A stretch of DNA of 64,000 nt, taken from contig JAGAFD010000005.1 of assembly GCA_017612805.1 (NCBI GenBank), forward strand, positions 10,130-74,129, in the 5' to 3' direction. Source of the DNA: Bacilli bacterium (lineage in GTDB: Bacteria; Bacillota_I; Bacilli_A; RF39; UBA660). The stretch's first letter is position 1. Every line of letters starts with the position of its first letter. Under the pieces are notes generated by a model. That model saw nothing but the letters and a program-made list of their open reading frames with translations. It made no database searches and had not been told where the DNA came from. Shown piece after piece: positions 48,535 through 57,769 of this stretch. A program made the translations under genes and the position numbers.

Positions 48535-49281
48535 TTATTTTTTTGTATATTTACACTTTGGATAATTAGAACATCCAATAAATTTTCCATACTTACTTTT
48601 TCTTTCAACTAATTGTCCACCACATTTTGGGCATTTATTAGGATCTTTATCTATTACATTTTTTCTAATATTTCTAATATGTTCCTTTTTTATCTTTTTA
48701 TCAATGATATTATTTCTATTAATTATATTAACAATTAAACTTACATCATCAATAATAACATCTTTGTATGATAATATTTTATCAACAATAGTATCGTATC
48801 TTACTAACTCTCCATCATGTTGAATCTTTAAAGTTGCTTTACTAGGAATACATACAATATTATATATTTTTGATTCATCAACATTTAATAATTCTGATAG
48901 TGCTTTTACGTGACCATAGTTCTGTCTAATTGGATTAGAATAATAATACTTATTCTTTCCAACATGTCTTATCCAATATTTATCATATTTATTACCAGTA
49001 ATAAAACCATTATATTGTTTAGTTTCTACAGAAAATATACCATATGGTGAAACTATCACATGATCTATTTGATGAGTATTACCATTCGTTTTTATAAATA
49101 CATCATTTATAACTATATATTTATCTTTTGGTAATTTTTTTAGCGCTTGTTTTGTCCAAAGCTCACCAAACCAGCCAATTATTTTTTTAGAATAAATAAC
49201 TAATAATATATCGATTATAATAAATAAGATAACAAATGGATTAGTTAAAAAAGTAATTATTACTTTAATAAAATCAGCCAT
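48535..49281 (-). CDS. NERD-domain nuclease-related protein with C-terminal topoisomerase-type C4 zinc finger
   Basis: An N-terminal TM, a NERD core (GELWTKQALKKL...HQIDHVIVSPYGIFSVETKQYNG), and a C-terminus CPKCGGQLVERKSKYGKFIGCSNYPKC. Confidence 0.6.
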   Translation of the reverse strand: MADFIKVIITFLTNPFVILFIIIDILLVIYSKKIIGWFGELWTKQALKKLPKDKYIVINDVFIKTNGNTHQIDHVIVSPYGIFSVETKQYNGFITGNKYDKYWIRHVGKNKYYYSNPIRQNYGHVKALSELLNVDESKIYNIVCIPSKATLKIQHDGELVRYDTIVDKILSYKDVIIDDVSLIVNIINRNNIIDKKIKKEHIRNIRKNVIDKDPNKCPKCGGQLVERKSKYGKFIGCSNYPKCKYTKK

Positions 49282-49289
49282 ATAATTTC

Positions 49290-49712
49290 CTACTCTCTAC
49301 CATCAACTAACAATATTGTTATATTAACACATACTATTAAACCTTTTAAAATAAAGTATGGAATAAGTATTAAGAATTTATTATTTTCAAATAAATATCT
49401 AAATGTCATTATATGTAATACTAAATAACCAGTTCCGGTCATTGTCATACCTAATACAATAAAACCTTTAGCAGCAAAATTATAATATAAAATACTAGCT
49501 ATTAAACTTAAAAAATCTGGAGTCATAAATGTAAAGCAAAGGGAACATAACATTAAATTAATTGGTAAATAAGCAAATGTTATCGCACTAGTTGCGCTAA
49601 ATAATTTTAATGAAATAAATACTATATATAATATTGCTGCTATACAATAAATAATGTTAATAATATTTAATATTAAACTAACTTTACCTAAAGTAGTTTT
49701 TTTCTTACGCAT
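49290..49712 (-). CDS. small polytopic membrane protein
   Basis: 140 aa, four hydrophobic helices. Lies 8 nt upstream of the NERD gene. Confidence 0.4.
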   Translation of the reverse strand: MRKKKTTLGKVSLILNIINIIYCIAAILYIVFISLKLFSATSAITFAYLPINLMLCSLCFTFMTPDFLSLIASILYYNFAAKGFIVLGMTMTGTGYLVLHIMTFRYLFENNKFLILIPYFILKGLIVCVNITILLVDGRE

Positions 49713-49801
49713 CCTAAATCACCTAAATCAATTATATCATAAAAATTATTATTGTATTTTCAAATATTTTTGTTATCATATATACTTAAGGAAGTGAAGA
49801 A

Positions 49802-50464
49802 ATGGAAAAAGCAGGAATTATTACTGATATGATAATAAGAGGAAATGCCTCTGCATTAAATGCACTAAAAATTTTAAATGCTTATGAACGTTTTGATAAA
49901 ATAATTAAAACTTTTTATCGTGGACTTGGTTTTATTATCACTTATGATTATAGTGATGCCAAAGCGGATTATTACGGACAATATACGCATGATTTAAAAA
50001 TTTATTTTGATCATGTATTAGTATTTGATAGTAAAACTAATACTTATATTCCAGGGCCATGGGAAGAATTACTTAGTAAAATGGTAGAAAACAAAAAAAT
50101 AACTAATAAAAAAGGTAAAGAATATGAAACATCTTACGAACGCGCTTTAAAAATTGATACGGAAATTGAAAAGATTATTGCTAATGATAAATCTGAAGAA
50201 TGTTATGTAAGACTTAATAAAGATATTACCGTTTATAAAAATCCTAAAAGCGAAAATCCGTATGTAGTTTCAGCACATAACGATTTTGTATACATCTGTA
50301 ATAAGTATCATGAAATCCAACAAATTAAAGAAAGTGGATGGGAAGAAGTAGTTTTAAAATACATGGCTGGCGTTGAAGCTGAAAAATTAGATGAATTACA
50401 TAAAAGACAAAAAACATTAGTTCATGATTATATGGATGCATTTAAAGGAAAGGAAAAGAAATAA
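49802..50464 (+). CDS. hypothetical protein, paralogue A (two internal repeats of a GPWE-containing module)
   Basis: 220 aa. The repeats are ...IYFDHVLVFDSKTNTYIPGPWEELL... and ...FVYICNKYHEIQQIKESGWEEVV... AAGGAAG RBS. Confidence 0.55.
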   Translation: MEKAGIITDMIIRGNASALNALKILNAYERFDKIIKTFYRGLGFIITYDYSDAKADYYGQYTHDLKIYFDHVLVFDSKTNTYIPGPWEELLSKMVENKKITNKKGKEYETSYERALKIDTEIEKIIANDKSEECYVRLNKDITVYKNPKSENPYVVSAHNDFVYICNKYHEIQQIKESGWEEVVLKYMAGVEAEKLDELHKRQKTLVHDYMDAFKGKEKK

Positions 50465-51156
50465 TGTTTAAAAAGAAGAATAAACTTAGTAAGGAAACCA
50501 TTGCTTTTCTTGAACAAAATATACCAGCAGTAGAAGATGCCATTAAAATCTTAAAAGAAGTTGGTATTGAAAGTGAAAGAGATCCAAGAGTTAGGAATAA
50601 TAAAGAGATTCAATATAATGGTTCTGGTTTTAATATCCATATTTATGGTGGAAAAGATACTATCGATGCAAAAGACCCGCTATATTTAACTATTAGTTTT
50701 GAACATGTAGTAGTATATAATGCATGGTACCTAAAATATGTTGAAGGCCCTTGGGAAACATTAATTAAAGAGTTAGCAAAGCGTCCTACAATAGCGCAAA
50801 ACCTTCAAGATAAATATAACGAAAATAAAGCGCGTGCCGAAATTATTGATTATGAAATAAGAGATATTATGCAATATCTCACACTTTCTCGTATTAAATC
50901 ACTTGAATTAAAAGACTATAATATGATAATTTATTATAACTACAATTGTGATGATAAAAGATACGTAATAGAGTATCAAGGCGAAGATGTATATGTAGCT
51001 AATAGCTATCATGAAATTCAAACTCTAACTGAAGGCCCTTGGGAAGCCATTTTAATGAATTATAGAAAAAATGAAGAAGCTAAAGCTTATGCCGAAAAGC
51101 ATAAAGTTCAACTAGAACAAGTTGATAAATACATGCAAATATTAAAAAATAGCTGA
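50464..51156 (+). CDS. hypothetical protein, paralogue B (two internal repeats of a GPWE-containing module)
   Basis: 230 aa. The repeats are ...ISFEHVVVYNAWYLKYVEGPWETLI... and ...VYVANSYHEIQTLTEGPWEAIL... Its start overlaps the stop of paralogue A (TAATG). Confidence 0.55.
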   Translation: MFKKKNKLSKETIAFLEQNIPAVEDAIKILKEVGIESERDPRVRNNKEIQYNGSGFNIHIYGGKDTIDAKDPLYLTISFEHVVVYNAWYLKYVEGPWETLIKELAKRPTIAQNLQDKYNENKARAEIIDYEIRDIMQYLTLSRIKSLELKDYNMIIYYNYNCDDKRYVIEYQGEDVYVANSYHEIQTLTEGPWEAILMNYRKNEEAKAYAEKHKVQLEQVDKYMQILKNS

Positions 51157-51169
51157 GATTATATCTTAG

Positions 51170-51880
51170 CTATTTTTTTATGTAATCATTAATTATTTTT
51201 ATTAATTCTTTTGTATGAGTAGTTGCAATATCATGACCGCCATTATTAATTAAATAGATCCGATTTTTTATTTTTTTAGAAACAATTGATAACATTCTCG
51301 ATGGATCTACCATATTATCTTGATTACCATATATAATGATAAAATCGTTAGGTTTAATCGCTTCTAACTTACTAGCTAACTCCACCCTAACAATATCTTG
51401 ATAAGTATTTCTTAAAAACTTAGTTCCATAAACCATTTCAGGAGTTTTAACTTTATAAATTAAATATAAATCTCTTAAATAATTTCTAATTGGTTTAATA
51501 AAATTTGGGGTTTTAATAAATGCTTTGGAAGCTTTTTGATTTCTTATTAAAGCTGGTGATACTAAAATCAATTTAACATTACCATATTTCTTATAATAAG
51601 TAACAGCAACCGCTCCCCCAAAAGAATAACCTAAAATATAATCAGGATGAAAATCATTATCTTTTATGTAATCATAAATAAAATTAGCATAATCATCCAA
51701 AGAATATTTTTTTACATTAGGTTCTTTTGTTAAACCAAAACCTGGTAAATCCGGAGTTTTAACAATATAATCTTTAGCCAAAGCATCAACAAATGCTTGA
51801 CGGTTATACCAAGCATTTGTATCAATCCTGCCATAGTAATTATTATAATTCCAACCATGAATTAATAATATTTTTTTCAT
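51170..51880 (-). CDS. alpha/beta-fold hydrolase
   Basis: Nucleophile elbow GYSFGG. I moved the start to MKKILLIHGW because an AAGGAATGA RBS precedes it. Confidence 0.6.
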   Translation of the reverse strand: MKKILLIHGWNYNNYYGRIDTNAWYNRQAFVDALAKDYIVKTPDLPGFGLTKEPNVKKYSLDDYANFIYDYIKDNDFHPDYILGYSFGGAVAVTYYKKYGNVKLILVSPALIRNQKASKAFIKTPNFIKPIRNYLRDLYLIYKVKTPEMVYGTKFLRNTYQDIVRVELASKLEAIKPNDFIIIYGNQDNMVDPSRMLSIVSKKIKNRIYLINNGGHDIATTHTKELIKIINDYIKK

Positions 51881-51915
51881 TAAATCATTCCTTACAAAAA
51901 TAAACACGTCAGTGT

Positions 51916-52677
51916 TTATTTTTTATCAGTTAATTTTTTAGTTTGACCTTTATAGATATCACGCGATTTTTTTAAAATATCTTGAAGTTCTTCCGGATAA
52001 ATACTATTTACTTTATTAATTAATTCTTCATCTATTTCAATATCTAATAATCTTATTCCTTTTTCTTCTTTTAAGAATATCGCATCTTCAATGTAGATAA
52101 CATTTGCATACGAAGAAAGGGCATTATCAAACCTAACGCTATTGGCATAACCATTAATAATATTACGATAAATAACGCCTTTAAATTCTCTTAAATCATC
52201 AAAGCTTTGGAATATTGCATGTTTAGCAAAAAAAGCATTAGCAATAATCACAATATCACTTATATGTGGAGCTTTCTTTTCATCTTTAACTTGTTTATCA
52301 TCCCACACTAAGATATTATTAACTGCAAATTCACGGTGACCTTTTTTATCAAGATCATAAGCTTCTAAAATCCATTCTTCATGAGCATGCCATTCAGATT
52401 TTTTATATTCTAATTTAATTGGAATAATATTTCTTTTAGCAGTAATTCCTTCCCAATTTTTATAAGTAATCGTAACTACTTTTTTACGCATATTAGCTAG
52501 TTTTTTAGCATCCTCATCACTTAATAGCATATTTTGTACTAAACCACTTTCGGATGTCGTTGCCACATGATAATATAGCGTTTCATCTGAATCATCAAAT
52601 TCTTTAAAACAAAATGAACCTAAATCGTCGCCTCTTTGTTCTCCAGAAATTACATTTAATCTTTTAATCTCACCCAT
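51916..52677 (-). CDS. hypothetical protein
   Basis: 253-aa ORF. Confidence 0.45.
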   Translation of the reverse strand: MGEIKRLNVISGEQRGDDLGSFCFKEFDDSDETLYYHVATTSESGLVQNMLLSDEDAKKLANMRKKVVTITYKNWEGITAKRNIIPIKLEYKKSEWHAHEEWILEAYDLDKKGHREFAVNNILVWDDKQVKDEKKAPHISDIVIIANAFFAKHAIFQSFDDLREFKGVIYRNIINGYANSVRFDNALSSYANVIYIEDAIFLKEEKGIRLLDIEIDEELINKVNSIYPEELQDILKKSRDIYKGQTKKLTDKK

Positions 52678-52700
52678 TTATAAAACCTCCCCAAAAACGC

Positions 52701-53372
52701 TTATTTTTTCTTTAATGTTAATACATGCCAGTTAAGTTTTTCTGCTCCACCTTCATTATGATATTCAACAATATCAAATAAGCCTTCTCTAAAGTTGTCA
52801 ATATCTTCTTTAGTATAATAAGCATAAAATCTTTTTTCTTGAGTTTGTTTATCTTTTAATATTAAATAATTATATTTAGTACCATCAGAAGCGATCTCGG
52901 CATCCGGATGTACTAAAGCATTTTGAAAATTAATAATAAATAAACCATCATCATTTAAACCATTATAAACAACTTCAAATAGTTTTTTAACATCTTCAAT
53001 ATTTAAATGCGGATTACGCCATGAAATAATTAAATCGGCTTTCTTACCAAACGTTTTAATAAAATCATCCGTTAAAAAATTATATTTAACAACATTATTA
53101 ATTCCCATTCTTTGTTGTTCTTCTAAAAAATCATCAACAATATCACTAGCAACTATATCATATGATTGATCTTGTAACATTTTAGCAAGATCACCAGTGC
53201 CACTACCAAATTCAACGATAAATTTATTTCGATCACCGTTTAATCCAGTATCAACATATTTAAATAATCTTTCCCATTTATCGGTTTCAGGATCAATCGC
53301 TTTATGATTAATATATTCTAAAGCTCCCCCATTATTATACATTTCAATTGTTCTTGTATTATCTTTACTCAT
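52701..53372 (-). CDS. class I SAM-dependent methyltransferase
   Basis: SAM motif VEFGSGTGDLAKML. Confidence 0.6.
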   Translation of the reverse strand: MSKDNTRTIEMYNNGGALEYINHKAIDPETDKWERLFKYVDTGLNGDRNKFIVEFGSGTGDLAKMLQDQSYDIVASDIVDDFLEEQQRMGINNVVKYNFLTDDFIKTFGKKADLIISWRNPHLNIEDVKKLFEVVYNGLNDDGLFIINFQNALVHPDAEIASDGTKYNYLILKDKQTQEKRFYAYYTKEDIDNFREGLFDIVEYHNEGGAEKLNWHVLTLKKK

Positions 53373-53427
53373 TAATAAACCTCCTAAATTTATTATAACA
53401 TAAAAAGAACATTAATTAATGTTCTTT

Positions 53428-54903
53428 TTAATATCCCCCTTTTAATTGTTTAATAAACATTGCCCCTTTTTCATATATACGATCCCTATCTACTATAACA
53501 ATTGGACATTCTTTAAACCAATCAGGAAGTCTTTCTGGATTAGGTGAATCAGCATCTAAATAAGTATCCAATAACATGGCATTATCGCCACATGTACCAT
53601 TAACTAAAGTATCAGTTCTCGTATAACCAAAGCCTTCTAAAGCATCATCAAATAGCCTATAATATTTAGGATCAATATCATTAGCTTTTTTGGTTAAGTA
53701 TTTTTGTACTTCAATACCACCCCTTATAATGCCATATTTATCTCTAACATATTTTTCTTCATAATTTTTTGCAAATAAATATAGATTAGGACATATTACA
53801 TCTTCATATGACCATTTAGTTTTAATTAATTTAAAAACATAATCACCAATCCGATAACAACTACAAGTACTACCCTCACCAATAAAACCATATTCTCTAC
53901 TATGACTTAAATCCATATATTTTTCCGTCCACTCTTCTAACAAAGGAGTTAAACTACGCCAATCCATATCTTTTAAAACATCTTTGGTTATATTTATTTT
54001 ATATTCATCAATTCTTGGAGGATACAAATAATAACGCATTCTAAACGCAAACTCATCTAATAATTCTTTACTTACATGAACTTTTTCACCAAACAAAATA
54101 TGAAAACGATAATTCATAGATGTCTTAAATAAAATATCAGCATCTTTATCAAATATTTTTCTATTTCTTTCTAACTTATCTAAATCAGATGAATTATTTA
54201 CATAAACTGGGGCAAGTATTTCATCAGCTAAACTATTATATTGATAAGTTGCTAATATAAGCTCTTTTAATTTATCAAATTCTTGATAGTAATCATTATT
54301 TAATAATTTAACCGCCAATTTTGAAATATCATGAACATCCATTTGTTCAGCAAATAATACCATTTGTTCACCTGGTTCATGCGTAAAAGAAGTAGTATAT
54401 TTAGTAATATCATCATATATTTCATTAATCTTATCAAGATGATTTTCAATTAAATAATCCATAAATAAATAACGAATATGTAAATTATGGTATCTAGATA
54501 GTTGATGTAATAATTCTTGATTATTAGCATCAAAAGCATATTTTACAACTACTTCAAAATTCTTTGAATCTTTATCATTTAACAAGAAATAGTCAAAATT
54601 ATCATTTAATACTTTTAAGCCTAAAGGAGAATTATATAATAAATTACTTAATCTTCCCGAATCAATTAATTTTAAATCGAATAAATCAATAGCATCATCC
54701 ATAAATTCTGGAATATCATAAATTATTAAAAAACAAAAAGTTGGTGATTTAAGTTTTAATTTAGGAAGAAAACCATTAATTATTTCAATTCGATTTTTTG
54801 ATTCTCTAACTAATGCTATTAAATTATCTTTATCATATGTTGATAAACGATTAACAAAATCAACATTACCTTCTTTTAAATATTCTAATGTACTAAAAGC
54901 CAT
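53428..54903 (-). CDS. hypothetical protein with C-terminal kinase/phosphotransferase-like region
   Basis: 491 aa. A Gly-rich loop, GFIGEGSTCSCYRIGDYVFKLIK, then acidic motifs (VIVDRDRI). Strong AAGGGAGG RBS. Confidence 0.5.
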   Translation of the reverse strand: MAFSTLEYLKEGNVDFVNRLSTYDKDNLIALVRESKNRIEIINGFLPKLKLKSPTFCFLIIYDIPEFMDDAIDLFDLKLIDSGRLSNLLYNSPLGLKVLNDNFDYFLLNDKDSKNFEVVVKYAFDANNQELLHQLSRYHNLHIRYLFMDYLIENHLDKINEIYDDITKYTTSFTHEPGEQMVLFAEQMDVHDISKLAVKLLNNDYYQEFDKLKELILATYQYNSLADEILAPVYVNNSSDLDKLERNRKIFDKDADILFKTSMNYRFHILFGEKVHVSKELLDEFAFRMRYYLYPPRIDEYKINITKDVLKDMDWRSLTPLLEEWTEKYMDLSHSREYGFIGEGSTCSCYRIGDYVFKLIKTKWSYEDVICPNLYLFAKNYEEKYVRDKYGIIRGGIEVQKYLTKKANDIDPKYYRLFDDALEGFGYTRTDTLVNGTCGDNAMLLDTYLDADSPNPERLPDWFKECPIVIVDRDRIYEKGAMFIKQLKGGY

Positions 54904-54940
54904 ATAATCCTCCCTTCTTTTGGTTTATTATTCTAACATA

Positions 54941-55090
54941 AAAAAATAAAAACAAAAACAAAAAATGGAGAGCTAACGCTCTCCTTCAGGGGGTTTTGGT
55001 TGAACACTCACATTAGTAAAACGGTGAGTCTTCAAGCATGATGTGTATCATGCTATAATCATTATATGATATCAAACTAATTCTTGTCAA
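54941..55090 (-). promoter_or_regulatory. promoter + ~95-nt structured leader + intrinsic terminator upstream of the 491-aa gene (candidate attenuator/riboswitch)
   Basis: On the minus strand: TTGACA (55085-55090), an 18-nt spacer, TATAAT (55061-55066). Then hairpins GCATGAT-acac-ATCATGC and ACTCAC-N12-GTGAGT, then CCCCCUGAAGG. The terminator is GGAGAGCGTTAGCTCTCC (54967-54984) followed by a U-rich tract. Confidence 0.5.
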
Positions 55091-55702
55091 TTAGTTTTTA
55101 TTTAATTCAATTAAATTATCATAATATTTAGTTTGTGCAATTATTAAATATGGAATTACAAATACTGAAGCAATTCCTCCTGTAAAGATTGCTAATAAAA
55201 TCCATCCTATAAACTTAAGATTAAAGATTACATAATCTAGTTTATAGCCTTTCATCAACTCTCTACTCTTCTTTAATGATTGGAAAGCATTTAACTCTTC
55301 ATCATCAACAATAATATAAAATACTTGTACATACATTAAACTAAATATGATTCCCGGAATAATTAGAATTGAACCAATTCCTACAATTAAATTTAGTATG
55401 ATAATTGCTAATAAGATGGTTCCAAAACTACCAAAATAACTAAATAAACTTTTATAGGTTGCAATCTTACCTCGTACTAAATCTAAATAATATTTATAAA
55501 GACCCATATTTAATGGTAATAAAAGTAATAGGGCAATTACTACGATAATACTTTCTGCTAAAGAACCATTTTCCGTTACATAATAAGCCATCATTAAAAA
55601 TGGTAATGATATAAGTTCAACAATTAAATGAGCAATCCAGATTTTTAAAAAGTTATTTTTTAAAACATATCTAGCGTTTGAACGAATAAGTTTATGATCC
55701 AT
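55091..55702 (-). CDS. polytopic membrane protein (DUF975-like)
   Basis: 203 aa with about 5 TM helices. Immediately downstream of recG. Confidence 0.45.
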   Translation of the reverse strand: MDHKLIRSNARYVLKNNFLKIWIAHLIVELISLPFLMMAYYVTENGSLAESIIVVIALLLLLPLNMGLYKYYLDLVRGKIATYKSLFSYFGSFGTILLAIIILNLIVGIGSILIIPGIIFSLMYVQVFYIIVDDEELNAFQSLKKSRELMKGYKLDYVIFNLKFIGWILLAIFTGGIASVFVIPYLIIAQTKYYDNLIELNKN

Positions 55703-55733
55703 ACTTCACTCTCCTACTATTATTATAGCTTAA

Positions 55734-57704
55734 TTAAGAAATAATTTTCAAACTATTAATGATATTATTAACAACATCATCATTATTTAATAATGCTTCA
55801 TTACTATCAACAATTGCTTGTTTTAAAATTTTAAAATCAGTTCTTAAATCCGCAATTTTAAAATGCATGTCACCACTTTGGTTAGTTCCGAAAAGGTCAC
55901 CTTCTCTTCTTATTTTGAAATCCATTTCGGATATATAAAAACCATCATTAGATTCTTCTAATACCGTTAATCTTTCTGTCTTTTTATCACTAATTAAAAA
56001 GCAATATGATTTAATATCACTTCTTCCAACTCTTCCTCTTAACTGATGAAGCGTTGAAAGACCAAAACGTTCGGCATTATAAATAATCATTACGGATGCC
56101 GTATCAGAATCAATTCCTACTTCAATAACAGTTGTTGATATTAAAATATCAATCTTTTTATTCATAAAATCCGTAATGATTAAATCTTTTTCATTATTTT
56201 TTAATTTACCATGTAAAATAGCAATCTTTTTATTAGGAAATGCTTTTAAATACTTTTCTTTTAATAATTTAACACTATTTAATTCATCATCTTCTTCATT
56301 TTCAATTGAAGGTGCTACGACATAAACTTGATGATTTAGTTCTAATTCTTCTTTTACTTTAATCAAAACCGTTTTAATATCATCTTCTTTAATAACTTGG
56401 GTTTTAATTTCACTACGATTACCTGGTTTAACTTTAATAATAGAAGTATCCATATCACCAAATATCGTCATGGCATAAGTTCTTGGAATTGGCGTTGCGG
56501 TAGTATAAAGCAAATCAGGTTTAACCCCTTTATTAATTAAACATTTTCTTGCATTAACCCCAAAACGATGTTGTTCATCAGTAATTACTAAACCTAAATT
56601 ATTAAATGATAATTCATCATTTAATAAAGCATGGGTACCTACAATAATATCAATCTTATTATTTTTTAAATCTTCATAAATACTTAGCTTTTCTTTTTTA
56701 GTTAATTTACCAACAATTAATTTAATATTAAGATCTTTAGGCATTACTTTTAACATATTTTGATAATGTTGAATAGCTAAGATTTCCGTTGGTGCCATTA
56801 GGGTTCCTTGATAACCACCTAAATAATTAATATATAAAGCAATAATCGCCACAATTGTTTTACCACTACCAACATCACCCATTAAAAGACGATTCATCCT
56901 TTGCCCATTAGTTAAATCATTTAAAATATCATTAACCGCTTTATTTTGATCTTCGGTTAATAAAAAAGGTAGATTATTCATAAATTCATTTAACTTATCA
57001 ACATCAATAACTCTTTTTAAACCATTATCTTTTTTATTCATTCTTTTTAAATAATTAATCTTAGTTGCAAAAGTAAATAACTCTTCATAAATTAATCTTA
57101 ACCTAGCTTTTTTTAAATCATCAATATTTTGCGGATTATGAATAATATTTAAAGCTTCCTTTTTGTTAATAAATTGATACTTATTAACTAAGTTAAGAGG
57201 AATATTATCAAGGTAAGAATAATTAGTAGTTAAAGCTTCCATAATATAACTATGTAAGTTCTTTTGTTTAACTTCTCTTATTACATGATAAACGGGAATA
57301 ATGGTTTCTTTTTTGATAACATTAAAACTAATATCATTAACAATAAATTGATTTTTTAATTTATCGTATTTACCCGTTAAAGTTAAATCGCTATTTAACT
57401 TAATATTATTTTTAAGAAAGTGTCGGTTAAAGATAACCGCTTTCATAATTTTTTTATTACTATTAATATCAAATGATAAGATATTCATATTCTTTCTAAT
57501 AAAGCTTAATTTAACTGGTGATATAACTTTCGCATTAATGGTAATAGCATTATTAAAATCATTACAATTTAAGATATTTATTGGTCTTAAAATATTATAA
57601 CGAAATGGATAATAATTAACTAAATCATCAACATTATTAATATTTAATTTATTTAAATAACTAATACTTTTAGTACCAATTCCTTTAATGTCTTTTAAAT
57701 CCAT
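55734..57704 (-). CDS. recG: ATP-dependent DNA helicase RecG
   Basis: 656 aa. The N-terminus is MDLKDIKGIGTKS. Walker A is GDVGSGKT, and DEQHRFG and the helicase C-motifs are present. Confidence 0.9.
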   Translation of the reverse strand: MDLKDIKGIGTKSISYLNKLNINNVDDLVNYYPFRYNILRPINILNCNDFNNAITINAKVISPVKLSFIRKNMNILSFDINSNKKIMKAVIFNRHFLKNNIKLNSDLTLTGKYDKLKNQFIVNDISFNVIKKETIIPVYHVIREVKQKNLHSYIMEALTTNYSYLDNIPLNLVNKYQFINKKEALNIIHNPQNIDDLKKARLRLIYEELFTFATKINYLKRMNKKDNGLKRVIDVDKLNEFMNNLPFLLTEDQNKAVNDILNDLTNGQRMNRLLMGDVGSGKTIVAIIALYINYLGGYQGTLMAPTEILAIQHYQNMLKVMPKDLNIKLIVGKLTKKEKLSIYEDLKNNKIDIIVGTHALLNDELSFNNLGLVITDEQHRFGVNARKCLINKGVKPDLLYTTATPIPRTYAMTIFGDMDTSIIKVKPGNRSEIKTQVIKEDDIKTVLIKVKEELELNHQVYVVAPSIENEEDDELNSVKLLKEKYLKAFPNKKIAILHGKLKNNEKDLIITDFMNKKIDILISTTVIEVGIDSDTASVMIIYNAERFGLSTLHQLRGRVGRSDIKSYCFLISDKKTERLTVLEESNDGFYISEMDFKIRREGDLFGTNQSGDMHFKIADLRTDFKILKQAIVDSNEALLNNDDVVNNIINSLKIIS

Positions 57705-57769
57705 TATCGATCACCTAATACTAATTATAACATGTAAAAAAATTTTTATAAAAAAAGTGTAAAAAAGTG

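Noticed and set aside
31352-49712. Integrase or recombinase, or a direct repeat of the tRNA-Arg 3' end, that would define a tRNA-integrated island
   Set aside because: No ORF shows tyrosine or serine recombinase signatures. I could not spot a second copy of the tRNA 3' half by eye. The island interpretation rests on gene content only.
54999-55059. + strand promoter reading into the 55.0-kb hairpins (TTGAAC ... TATAAT)
   Set aside because: The spacing between the hexamers is about 48 nt, which is not a functional promoter. The minus-strand TTGACA-18-TATAAT is the convincing one.
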